Shown here piece by piece: positions 1-9,003 of a stretch of 64,000 nucleotides of DNA. The notes under the pieces are model-generated. The model did not search any database and was not told the DNA's origin. It worked only from the letters and a program-made list of their open reading frames with translations. Made by a program: the position numbers and the translations under genes. Origin of the DNA: Pseudomonadota bacterium (GTDB taxonomy: Bacteria > Pseudomonadota > Alphaproteobacteria > UBA8366); assembly GCA_036339585.1 (NCBI GenBank), contig JAYZAS010000004.1, forward strand, positions 51,947 through 115,946. Reading direction: 5' to 3'. The first letter of the stretch is position 1. Every line of letters begins with the position of its first letter.

Positions 1-377
1 TTTACGCCTTGCGCTTTAAGAAGCGGGTCCATGCGGGTTCCATAAAATGGGCTTACGCGGTGCTTGATGATATCAAAGTCACCATCTTTCGGTGATAGAT
101 CGGGGTGCACTTCAGTTCCCCATGTCCCAAGCTTAAATCGCCCGGCCTTCATAGCGCCGGTAAACAATGGAGAATTTTCGGAAACCTCACGATAATCAGA
201 GGAAAAACCAATCCGAATAAAACCAATTTGAATGCCAGCCTCGCGAGCCTTATCTATTGTAAAAGCATTGTTTTCAATAATTTTGCGCCGCTTCACCTCC
301 ATTAAATATGGGCTGGGACCACCTTCGTGGACGAGATCATTTATCATATCTCCTATTAACAAGACTGACTTAGCCAT
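1..377 (-). CDS. isochorismatase-family cysteine hydrolase, N-terminal part (gene runs off the left window edge)
   Basis: Absent from the ORF track because it has no stop codon in the window. Reverse translation from the ATG (complement of 375-377) gives MAKSVLLIGDMINDLVHEGG...FDIIKHRVSPFYGTRMDPLLKAQGV. This matches the isochorismatase-like pattern: D-x-x-N-D near the N-terminus and K-H-R-x-S-x-F-Y-G-T. Confidence 0.7.
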   Translation of the reverse strand, partial: MAKSVLLIGDMINDLVHEGGPSPYLMEVKRRKIIENNAFTIDKAREAGIQIGFIRIGFSSDYREVSENSPLFTGAMKAGRFKLGTWGTEVHPDLSPKDGDFDIIKHRVSPFYGTRMDPLLKAQGV

Positions 378-569
378 ACATTACTCCCATATATTATTAA
401 CGCATCCAAACCGACGATGGTCATGGTTCCTATTATTTCTCTATCCCGGATTTTTTTGCCCAGCCATCACTGCAACTAAGAAAGTGATATTGATGGATCC
501 CTCATCTCAAATATTTCAATATGTTTTTGTATGCCCGTGGTTGATAATTACACTTTTTCAATTCTTTCT

Positions 570-791
570 TCAGCGATATATGACTGACAGAACAAGCGAA
601 CATAAACCCAACACGATGGCAACACCCAACCCAAACCAGACAATAATATTCCAAACTGACGTTTCGTGCACGCCGCCAATTATATAATCAATATAATTCA
701 TTACAGCCTTGAAACTCGATCTAGCTCTGCTCATTTTTTGCCCATGGGCCAGCCCGGACCCACTTAGATAAGCTAATGCAAATGCCAGCAT
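570..791 (-). CDS. hypothetical small membrane protein (weak call)
   Basis: 73-aa ORF with a C-terminal hydrophobic helix (WNIIVWFGLGVAIVLGLCSLVLSVIY). No family recognised. An internal ATG (MSRARSS...) is an alternative start. Confidence 0.2.
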   Translation of the reverse strand: MLAFALAYLSGSGLAHGQKMSRARSSFKAVMNYIDYIIGGVHETSVWNIIVWFGLGVAIVLGLCSLVLSVIYR

Positions 792-1019
792 AGTCGGTCA
801 GCCTGCACAAATTCGAGGCGAAAAACCTATAAACAAGCTTGCTATTTCTCTAATTATGTTTCTTAACAAATAATGTACGGCGTCGCGCACTGACGCAACA
901 GACGAAGGCATACTGTGGGATAAATAACCTTTTTTGTTGTGGCAGTTCTTATCAATCCCTAGCATTCAAGCGTCGAGTTCAAAGAAAGGTTAAGAAACAG
1001 TTTTGGCGCTAGTATTAAA

Positions 1020-2105
1020 TTATGATGATTTGGGATTACCAAGAAAATTTTGGCCTTTTATGCCAGATGCAGCATCCATGACCATTTTGTCCCATTCACT
1101 CTGTGATGGCCCATATGTAGTTGGGTTACGGGACACTCCCAATCTATCGAAGAACTCTTCAAAATCACGAACGCCAGTGTCAAGATTATCACCAAATATT
1201 GCTTTCAGACTTACATCGCAATTACGATCAAAACCTATTGACCAGCTCATTACCATCGGCAAAGAGAAACCACACGCTATACCGTGCGGAATTCCGTAGT
1301 TTAGTGACAATCCATAGGATAATTGGTGTGCGATCGACGTACGCGTCTGTGAAAGGGCAATGCCTGCTTTCATTGCAGCTGCAGACATCGTCTTCCTCAG
1401 ATCTAGGTTAGTTAGGTCATCGACCAACAGAGGAAGACACCGTATTACATCACGGGCCGCTTGTTCTGCAATTGGCTGAGTTATGAAATTTCGCTTGGTT
1501 TGCCATATACTCTCCAGAGCATGGCTCAGTGCATCAAGACCGGTCGAGATTGTCTGATCTCTAGGAAGAGTGAGAGTGAGTTCTGGATCTACTATGGCGT
1601 AATCAGGAAAACCATAATTAGAGCGCACACCCCATTTGCCTCCGTTTGCACGGTCCCAGATAACAGCACCAAGCGACATCTCCGAACCAGTACCTGCGTT
1701 GGTGGGCACCGCTATGACACAAGGTTTTTTGAGTTCGTCAGCGCGCCCACCGCCGGTGATCAAATGTTCTTTGAGAAGCGTCCAATCACCCCCGGATACT
1801 GCAAGTGCTTTCGCAGTATCTATGGCAGACCCACCGCCAAGGCCTACAAAAACTTCAGGCAAATATGGAAGTTTTTTCAATGCCTCACACCCAGCCTCAA
1901 TTTCTGGAAAGTCAGGGTTAGCTTTTACATTATTAATAATGATTGCTGCACTTCTACCAGCATCTTCCAGCCGGCGAACGAGTTGCATTGAAAATTCCTC
2001 ATCGTAAGTTACGATTGCATAAACCCGATCTGCAATAAGTTCCGGCAACTTATCAAAGCTACCAGGTCCAAAAACCGCTTTAACCGGATTATAGAATTCA
2101 TTCAT
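1020..2105 (-). CDS. iron-containing (group III) alcohol dehydrogenase
   Basis: 361 aa. It has the GLGGGSAIDTAKA glycine-rich motif and metal-ligand histidine regions (LDALSHALE, GIPHGIACG) typical of Fe-ADH. Confidence 0.9.
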   Translation of the reverse strand: MNEFYNPVKAVFGPGSFDKLPELIADRVYAIVTYDEEFSMQLVRRLEDAGRSAAIIINNVKANPDFPEIEAGCEALKKLPYLPEVFVGLGGGSAIDTAKALAVSGGDWTLLKEHLITGGGRADELKKPCVIAVPTNAGTGSEMSLGAVIWDRANGGKWGVRSNYGFPDYAIVDPELTLTLPRDQTISTGLDALSHALESIWQTKRNFITQPIAEQAARDVIRCLPLLVDDLTNLDLRKTMSAAAMKAGIALSQTRTSIAHQLSYGLSLNYGIPHGIACGFSLPMVMSWSIGFDRNCDVSLKAIFGDNLDTGVRDFEEFFDRLGVSRNPTTYGPSQSEWDKMVMDAASGIKGQNFLGNPKSS

Positions 2106-2347
2106 ACAGCAACCTCCGCGTTACCCTCCACCGGAGTTTCAATGTCATTTGAAACCTAGGTAACATTCATATATTGGAATTTCTTGTTTCGCCCATAGTT
2201 TCACAAAACGCCCTAAAATATTTTGATAGCGGCGTCTGCGAGGTTTACCATATACTTTTGTGGCAATATAGGTGTTTGCCAAGTTTTTGCACTTTTCTCG
2301 ACACGAAGGTGAATCCCGTAACTTATTATTGTATGTTGGAGTGAAAA

Positions 2348-3313
2348 ATGAGTGATTATCCAAAATACGTGCACATATCAGAAGAGGGCCCTAGGGAAGG
2401 CTTTCAAATAGAGAAGGGTCCAATATCAACAGATGATAAAATCCGTCTTATAAACTCACTGTCAAATACTGGGCTTAAGCACATCCAGATCTGCTCATTT
2501 GTAAATCCAAAGCGAGTTCCAGGCATGGCTGATGCCGCAGCAGTGGCTGACGGAATTATGGTAAACCCCAAAGTTGAATATTCGGCTCTTTGGTTTAATG
2601 AACGCGGCCTCGAACAAGCAATGGCATTCCAGCACTTGAGTGTAGACCTAAAAATCACTTTGTATGCTTCTGAGCATTTCTTAATCAGCAACTTGAACCG
2701 AGACTTTAAACAACACCTAGAAAAAACACGCGCGCTTATCAAATTCTGTTTGAAAAAAAATGTTTCTGTAACTCGGGCTGGCATTAATGCCGCATTTGGC
2801 TGTAATTTTGAGGGAGACGTTTCTGCAAAAAATCTTTTGCAAGCGGTGGACAGCACGCTTTCCCTAGCTCAAGAATTTGAGCTGAATATTGAATCTTTTA
2901 GTTTAGCAGACTCAATGGCCTGGGCCACACCGCTAAGCATCAAGCGCGGCGTGGGGGCGGTGAAAGATAAATACCCCGACATGCCCATTAGGTTGCACCT
3001 TCACAATACTCGAGGAATGGGGATCGCAAATGCTTATGCTGGCTTGGAGATGGGCGTTGACAGATTTGACTCATCCATAGCTGGGTTAGGCGGATGTCCA
3101 TTTGCAAAGCATCAAGGTGCGGCTGGTAATGTTTCTACTGAAGACCTCGCATTTATGTGCAGTGAAATGGGTATTGAAACCGGTCTCGATCTTGATGCAT
3201 TGATTGAGGCCTCGAATGTAGCTACCAAAGTTGTTGGCCATGACACTCCAGCGTGTGTTGCCAAAGGTGGATCATTAGCAGCAATCAGGCAGCGGCTTAA
3301 TGTAACGCCCTAA
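2348..3313 (+). CDS. HMG-CoA-lyase-like (DRE-TIM / pyruvate carboxyltransferase fold) lyase
   Basis: 321 aa. Motifs are EEGPREGFQ (cf. E-x-G-P-R-D-G-L-Q), HLHNTRGMGIANAYAGLEMGV and DSSIAGLGGCPFA. Confidence 0.88.
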   Translation: MSDYPKYVHISEEGPREGFQIEKGPISTDDKIRLINSLSNTGLKHIQICSFVNPKRVPGMADAAAVADGIMVNPKVEYSALWFNERGLEQAMAFQHLSVDLKITLYASEHFLISNLNRDFKQHLEKTRALIKFCLKKNVSVTRAGINAAFGCNFEGDVSAKNLLQAVDSTLSLAQEFELNIESFSLADSMAWATPLSIKRGVGAVKDKYPDMPIRLHLHNTRGMGIANAYAGLEMGVDRFDSSIAGLGGCPFAKHQGAAGNVSTEDLAFMCSEMGIETGLDLDALIEASNVATKVVGHDTPACVAKGGSLAAIRQRLNVTP

Positions 3314-3497
3314 GGTAATAAACCTAATGCTTATTGTTTTTGCTTACATCTTGTAGGCCAAGTAGGAACGTGGAAACGTGCTACAGATTGAAAAGGGTGC
3401 ACACAGCGCGACAGTTGCTGAGGCGGCCTAGGCGTTGGTTCGGGCTCCCACTGAATCACATAACTGTTATTTAATATAACAACAACAGATTACAGCA

Positions 3498-5162
3498 TTA
3501 CATTTTAACAGATACGTTTCCAAGTCGCTCTGTTAGCTTCATATTTTCGCTATAATCTACAGGGACAGCAACCAACGCGGGGCCGTTTTGATTAAATGCA
3601 GCCTCGAGAGCCGGACACAGTTCTTCTGGTTTCTTAATCTCAGTGCCCCACATACCATAAGCCTCAGCTAACTTTCTAAAATCGGGATTGCCGAATTTTA
3701 AATTACTGTGTCTACCATTAAATCCTACCTGTTGCTTCCATTTTATCAGTCCGTATTCACCATCAATCCAAACCATGGCCACAATATTAAGTTTTAGCCG
3801 AACCGCGGTCTCTAGTTCCTGAAGGTTCATAGCAAAGCCAGCATCGCCGGAAATCGATAGAACCTTTCGTTCTGGGAATGCCAACTTTGCACCAATTGAG
3901 CCAGGCATTGCGAATCCCATGGTGCAAAACCCGTTTGAAATGAGGCAAGTGTTAGGTTCCTTGCATTGATAATATCGTGCAATCCACATCTTATGAGCCC
4001 CGACATCCGATAACAGAATATCGGAATCACCCATAAATTTACGTACATCGTAAATGATGCGCTGTGGCTTCATCGGAAAAGATAGGTCATCTTTTTCTGC
4101 GATGAAATCATCAGCCATATTTTTGCGCAGGCTCGCACGACCTTTAATGTCAAAAAGTGGCAGCTTTGCCTTATATCGCGTCTCAAGCATTTCGTTGATC
4201 TGCCATAATGCATCGGCAAGATCAGCAATAACCTCAATCGTTGGGACATAATCCCTATCTACTTCGGCTGGCAAAAAATCAATGTGGACAATACGCTTCG
4301 ATCTTTTATTTGTGCGGTTCCATGCCGAAGGAGCATATTCAACAAGATCGTACCCACAAGAAATGATTAAATCTGAGTCGTCGAATGCCAAGTTATTATA
4401 ATCGCCAGAGCCTAATCCCATGGTGAAAAGACAGTGTTCATCATCCATGGGAATCGCGCCCTTACCCATGAATGTGTTTACAACGCCAATACCTGTATTA
4501 TGAGCAAGACGTTTTAGTTGAGCCGCAGCACGTTTGCGAATAGCTCCATTTCCTGCTAGTATAATTGGTTGCTTGGCATTTACTATTAGCTCAACCGCCG
4601 ATGCTACTGCTTTATAATCAGCACCAGGACGACGCACCTTAGTGGGCACCATCGGCATACCTTCGACTTCCTCCTTTGCTACATCTTCAGGTAGCTCGAG
4701 CACGCAAAGCCCCGGCTTCTCAGTCTCAGCAATTTTAAAAGCTTTCCGAACACATTCTGTAATATTACTTCCCGCAACAATGGTTTGTGTCCACTTGCTA
4801 ATTGGCTCCACCATTCGAATCGAGTCCATTATTTGATGGCTTTCTTTATGCAACCGCATAGTTGAGCCTTGGCCGATTATGGCAATTACGGGCGCCCGGT
4901 CCATATTTGCATCAGCCAAACCTGTAACCAAATTGGTGGCTCCCGGGCCCAAAGTAGCAAGGCACACGCCAGCTCTACCAGTCAACCGACCGTAAGCATC
5001 TGCCATAAAGGCAGCTGCCTGCTCGTGACGACAGAGGACAAAGTCAATGTTACTGTCCATCAGTGAGATCATCATATCGGCGTTTTCCTCGCCCGGCACG
5101 CCAAAGATACGCTCCACACCCTCCGCCTCAAGACATTGCACAAATAGATCAGAGGCTTTCAT
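3498..5162 (-). CDS. acetolactate-synthase-like ThDP-dependent enzyme (catabolic type, no small subunit nearby)
   Basis: N-terminus MKASDLFVQCLEAEGVERIFGVPGEEN, then GPGATNLVTG and the ThDP motif ISGDAGFAMN...N. GGAAGG lies 9 nt upstream of the ATG at 5162. The ORF-track start at 5171 only adds MIY and leaves no spacer after the RBS. Confidence 0.9.
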   Translation of the reverse strand: MKASDLFVQCLEAEGVERIFGVPGEENADMMISLMDSNIDFVLCRHEQAAAFMADAYGRLTGRAGVCLATLGPGATNLVTGLADANMDRAPVIAIIGQGSTMRLHKESHQIMDSIRMVEPISKWTQTIVAGSNITECVRKAFKIAETEKPGLCVLELPEDVAKEEVEGMPMVPTKVRRPGADYKAVASAVELIVNAKQPIILAGNGAIRKRAAAQLKRLAHNTGIGVVNTFMGKGAIPMDDEHCLFTMGLGSGDYNNLAFDDSDLIISCGYDLVEYAPSAWNRTNKRSKRIVHIDFLPAEVDRDYVPTIEVIADLADALWQINEMLETRYKAKLPLFDIKGRASLRKNMADDFIAEKDDLSFPMKPQRIIYDVRKFMGDSDILLSDVGAHKMWIARYYQCKEPNTCLISNGFCTMGFAMPGSIGAKLAFPERKVLSISGDAGFAMNLQELETAVRLKLNIVAMVWIDGEYGLIKWKQQVGFNGRHSNLKFGNPDFRKLAEAYGMWGTEIKKPEELCPALEAAFNQNGPALVAVPVDYSENMKLTERLGNVSVKM

Positions 5163-5364
5163 GTATATCATCCTTCCCTAGAACAATATTGAACCATATT
5201 TCAATTACAAGCAGCTGATAAAACCAAAGTAATATCGCCAAATTCGAGTTCCCTTGATAAACAGTGATGGCAAACAAACAACAACCTAGGCGTTTCGGTG
5301 ATTAATTAATAAATGATTTTTCAAAGGAAAATCTTGGGTCTACCTCCCATGGTTGAACCAAGAA

Positions 5365-5451
5365 TGGTGCCCCCAGAGAGACTCGAACTCTCACTCTGTT
5401 GCCAGAACTGGATTTTGAATCCAGCGCGTCTACCAATTCCGCCACAGGGGC
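5365..5451 (-). tRNA. tRNA-Leu (anticodon CAA)
   Basis: The reverse complement folds as a cloverleaf. Acceptor GCCCCTG / TGGGGGC (two G-U pairs), anticodon stem CTGGA/TCCAG with loop TTCAAAA, a long variable arm, T-arm GAGAG-TTCGAGT-CTCTC, and an encoded CCA. Confidence 0.93.
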
Positions 5452-5550
5452 CTCGTTCGCTATTTGTTTACATAATACTTGTGCATATTGTTGGGTCAAT
5501 AAAACAAAGCAGAAGCACATTTCAAGAAAAGCCGTTAACCTGTTGAAATT

Positions 5551-7320
5551 ATGACTGATGAGATAAAAATAAATGATACGGCAACCGATGTGGCTAATGT
5601 GTTTAAAGCAGCGCTTGATCTCCACAAAAATGGCAGCCCAGCTGCAGCAGTGCCATTATACAAAAAAGCTATTGACGCCCTGCCTAATAATGCACAAATC
5701 CATTGCCTGCTAGGCGTTGCACTTAAGCAATCTGGGCAATTGCGTTTTGCCATAGAAAAATTAGAAAAAGCCGTCGAGCTAGACCCGCTCCGGGCTGATT
5801 TTCTCGCAGAATTGGGAATTGCTTGCGGGGACGCTGGAGATGTCGGCAAAGCGGTGAGATGCCTAAGAGAAGCAGTGCCAAGGCTCACAGCCCTTGGCAA
5901 AGAAGATTTTGTTGTTCTAACAGCGCTGGGGGACGCCTGTTTTACGCTGGGTTTCTGGACTGAAGCAATTGAGCATTATCGTTCAGCTTTAAAGAAGAAA
6001 GTCACCGATCAGATGACGCACCTCAACGTTCAACTTAATATTGGTGTTGCACTGCACCACCTTGAGAGAAGAGCATGTGCCATAAAGTCCTATGAGACTA
6101 TCCTATCAGTTGATCCACGCCATGTAGGGGCATTAACAAACCTCGGTGTTGCACTTCAGGAGGATAAGAATTTTGAAAAATCGTTAGTTATGTTATTGAA
6201 AGCGGCTGAACTCATGCCCGGCGATCCTCTTATCCTAACCGATTTAGGTGTCACCCTCACAAAGCTGAATAGAACAGATGAGGCAATTGCAAAGCTTACT
6301 CTCGCCCTGAATGAGGCTCCAGATTGCGCAAAAGCTTGGAGTAACCTTGGGAATGCATACCAAGCTCAAAACAAATTAGCCGAAGCATGGGAAGCGCATC
6401 AGAGAGCCGTTGATTTAGAACCGAATAATCCTGAGCTTCATTGGAACCTGGCTATGACGTTGCTGTTAGCTGGTGAATATGAGCAAGGGTGGGCGGAATA
6501 CGAGTGGCGACGCAAAAAGCAACCCCCAACTTTATCCCCGAGATCTCCCGAATGGCAGGGTGGTCCGCTTTTTGGGAAAAGCATATTGTTATTGGGAGAA
6601 CAAGGCGCCGGCGATACTATCCAATTCTCGAGGTATGCATCTATTCTTGAATTGGAGGGAGCGCGTATAATATTGCAAGTGCAAACCAGCTTACAGAAGC
6701 TTTTATCCACACTGAGTCCAAATATTACAGTCCTTGGACCATCTGATCCACTGCCCAAATGTGACTTTCAAACACAACTGATGAGCATTCCTTACAAAAG
6801 AAAAGAAAGGTTCGAAAATCTGCCTACCTCTATTTCTTATCTTTCCGTTCCCCCTGAACCCAAAGTACTTTTGCCCAATAAAAAAAGTGGAATAAGAAGG
6901 ATTGGAATTGCATGGTATGGTAATCCAAATCACGATAATGACCACAATCGTTCCTGCCCGTTTGATGAGCTGGCACCACTCTTCGAATTAGAAAAGATAG
7001 AATGGGTATCGTTACAAAAAGAACCTATGCCTCAGAAAGCTACGGAGATGATAGATCCTTCGAATCAGTGTCACTCATTCGCAGATATGGCTGCGATAAT
7101 AAGCCAATTAGAACTTGTCGTGAGTGTTGATACTGCGATTGCTCACCTTGCCGGGGCACTTGGCAGCCCTGTCTGGATAATGTTGCCGTACTCGCCAGAT
7201 TGGAGATGGTTGACAAGGCGTAAAGACACGCCTTGGTATCCCAGTGCTCGGCTCTATAGGCAACTTTCCCCTGGAAATTGGAATTCAGTTATTACATCTA
7301 TCAAATCTGACTTGAATTAG
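5551..7320 (+). CDS. TPR-repeat protein with C-terminal GT9 (heptosyltransferase-like) glycosyltransferase domain
   Basis: 589 aa. The first ~330 aa are TPR repeats (e.g. AWSNLGNAYQAQNKLAEAWEAHQRAVDLEPNN). The last ~250 aa carry GEQGAGDTIQFSRY ... VSVDTAIAHLAGALGSPVWIMLP, which I recognise as GT9-like. Confidence 0.8.
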   Translation: MTDEIKINDTATDVANVFKAALDLHKNGSPAAAVPLYKKAIDALPNNAQIHCLLGVALKQSGQLRFAIEKLEKAVELDPLRADFLAELGIACGDAGDVGKAVRCLREAVPRLTALGKEDFVVLTALGDACFTLGFWTEAIEHYRSALKKKVTDQMTHLNVQLNIGVALHHLERRACAIKSYETILSVDPRHVGALTNLGVALQEDKNFEKSLVMLLKAAELMPGDPLILTDLGVTLTKLNRTDEAIAKLTLALNEAPDCAKAWSNLGNAYQAQNKLAEAWEAHQRAVDLEPNNPELHWNLAMTLLLAGEYEQGWAEYEWRRKKQPPTLSPRSPEWQGGPLFGKSILLLGEQGAGDTIQFSRYASILELEGARIILQVQTSLQKLLSTLSPNITVLGPSDPLPKCDFQTQLMSIPYKRKERFENLPTSISYLSVPPEPKVLLPNKKSGIRRIGIAWYGNPNHDNDHNRSCPFDELAPLFELEKIEWVSLQKEPMPQKATEMIDPSNQCHSFADMAAIISQLELVVSVDTAIAHLAGALGSPVWIMLPYSPDWRWLTRRKDTPWYPSARLYRQLSPGNWNSVITSIKSDLN

Positions 7321-7330
7321 AAAGTTTAAG

Positions 7331-7945
7331 ATGCTGCGCTACCTCTACGACCGGACAATGCAACTTGCTGCCCATCCACGTGCAATCTGGTGGCTTGCAG
7401 GTATAGCTCTAATTGAAAGTGTATTTTTCCCAATTCCGCCCGATGTTCTTATTATCCCAATGGTATTGGCTGCACGTGCGCAAGCATGGAGGATTGTTAT
7501 TGTTGCAACGTTGGCCTCTGTGTTTGGAGGCTTAATTGGCTATGGGATGGGATATTTTGCTTATGAAAGCATCGTCGAGCCAATTATACAAATATTCCCC
7601 AACTATGGGAGTAAGTATAATGTATTCCATGACTGCTATCAGATATACGGGGGATGGGTTGTTGGAATTGGAGGGTTCAGTCCAATCCCATATAAAGTGA
7701 TAACAGTAGCGAGTGGATTAGCACAGCACGATGTCGTAACCTTTCTTATCGTTTCTTTTATCAGCAGGGGTGCCCGATTTTTAATCATTGCGGGATTATT
7801 ATGGAAGTTTGGTGCACAAATTCGCGCTTTCATAGAATCGAAGCTCGGCCTGCTAACAGCAATATTTGTTGCCCTTCTTTTGGGTGGATTTATAGTTTTT
7901 AAAATACTTTTTGAATCTAGTAACGGGAGCACCTGTCCATTCTAA
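7331..7945 (+). CDS. YqaA/DedA-type (SNARE-associated) inner-membrane protein
   Basis: 204 aa with multiple TM helices and the IESVFFPIPPDVLIIPM motif typical of YqaA-like proteins. Confidence 0.75.
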   Translation: MLRYLYDRTMQLAAHPRAIWWLAGIALIESVFFPIPPDVLIIPMVLAARAQAWRIVIVATLASVFGGLIGYGMGYFAYESIVEPIIQIFPNYGSKYNVFHDCYQIYGGWVVGIGGFSPIPYKVITVASGLAQHDVVTFLIVSFISRGARFLIIAGLLWKFGAQIRAFIESKLGLLTAIFVALLLGGFIVFKILFESSNGSTCPF

Positions 7946-7998
7946 TCGAAAAGCACAACTTTATTTGTACAGTTGTAATAATTGCCTGTATCGTTGTT

Positions 7999-8427
7999 TT
8001 GGGCAGCGTATATAGCCTCGAGTATTTTTTTGGCTTGGAACCTTGTGAGCTTTGCATTTATCAACGCTGGCCCTGGTGGGCGGCGTTCTTGCTTTCTATT
8101 AGTACGCGTCTTCCATACTTGTCATATCTTTTGATATCACGATTAATAAGTCTCGCGGGCTTCTCGATTATAATCAGTGGAGTGATAGCGTTGTATCACG
8201 TTGGGATCGAATACGACTGGTGGAGTGGGCCAAGCACATGCACTAACAATGGGGCGCTTCCGAACACACTCTCTGAGCTGCGCGCAAGTGGAAATGTTAC
8301 CCTGATAACAAGTTGCGACAAAGTGCCATGGTCACTTTTTGGATTTAGCTTGGCATTTTATAATTTAATTCTATCTATTGGGCTTGGGGTTTCTGTATTG
8401 GTATTAGGGGTGAGAAAGTTAAATTGA
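7999..8427 (+). CDS. dsbB: disulfide bond formation protein B family
   Basis: CELCIYQRWPWW (first Cys pair after TM1) and a second Cys pair (PSTCTNN ... TSCDKVPW). TTG at 7999 is the only canonical start, but TM1 is encoded in frame upstream, so the true start may be as far up as 7945 (see findings). Confidence 0.8.
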   Translation: MGSVYSLEYFFGLEPCELCIYQRWPWWAAFLLSISTRLPYLSYLLISRLISLAGFSIIISGVIALYHVGIEYDWWSGPSTCTNNGALPNTLSELRASGNVTLITSCDKVPWSLFGFSLAFYNLILSIGLGVSVLVLGVRKLN

Positions 8428-8993
8428 TGCTCAAAAACAACCACTCGACCAATCAGCCTCTTTACCTTCCTGGCGATCCGGAACCTACCTTGGATCGTGC
8501 ACGCATGATTAGGGTTGATCATGCTGGTGAGTATGGCGCGGTGCGCATCTATGCGGGTCAATTGGCTGTTCTTAAAGAAAGTCCTAAAGCGGACGTCATC
8601 CGTCACATGGCAGATCAAGAAATCCGACACCGAGAACGCTTTCAGGAGATACTCCCAAATCACCAAGTCAGGCCCTCAATACTTATACCGTTCTGGCATG
8701 TAGCAGGCTATCTTTTAGGATATTGCAGTGCTGTTTTTGGCGAAAGGGCGGCTATGGCTTGTACCGTTGGGGTAGAGGAGGTAATTGATGAACATTACGC
8801 TGACCAAGCAAAACGATTAGGGCCGGAAGATATTGATCTTATAGATACCATCGAAGAATTTCGTGTTGAAGAGCTTGAACATCGTGATACAGCACTTGAT
8901 CATGATGCGGAAGGGGCTCCTGCCTACCCACTTCTAACTAACTTAGCCAGATCTGCGTCTCGACTGGCAATATGGCTTTCCGAAAGGTTCTAA
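8427..8993 (+). CDS. coq7: demethoxyubiquinone hydroxylase (COQ7 family, di-iron)
   Basis: RVDHAGEYGAVRIY, DQEIRHRE, VEEVIDEHY and VEELEHRD are the E/ExxH di-iron ligand motifs. The ATG at 8427 overlaps the dsbB stop (TGATG). Confidence 0.9.
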   Translation: MLKNNHSTNQPLYLPGDPEPTLDRARMIRVDHAGEYGAVRIYAGQLAVLKESPKADVIRHMADQEIRHRERFQEILPNHQVRPSILIPFWHVAGYLLGYCSAVFGERAAMACTVGVEEVIDEHYADQAKRLGPEDIDLIDTIEEFRVEELEHRDTALDHDAEGAPAYPLLTNLARSASRLAIWLSERF

Positions 8994-9003
8994 ACTTCAC
9001 GGT

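Noticed and set aside
2261-2281. TGGCA-N11-TGCCA dyad in the Fe-ADH/HMGL-like divergent region, considered as a sigma-54 promoter or operator
   Set aside because: The GG-to-GC spacing is 14 nt, not the 10 nt required for a -24/-12 promoter. The arms are only 5 bp and do not extend, so a chance match is likely. No regulator gene is adjacent.
5302-5625. ORFs 5302-5625 (minus) and 5313-5546 (plus)
   Set aside because: They overlap tRNA-Leu(CAA) at 5365-5451 and are an artefact of the open frame across the tRNA.
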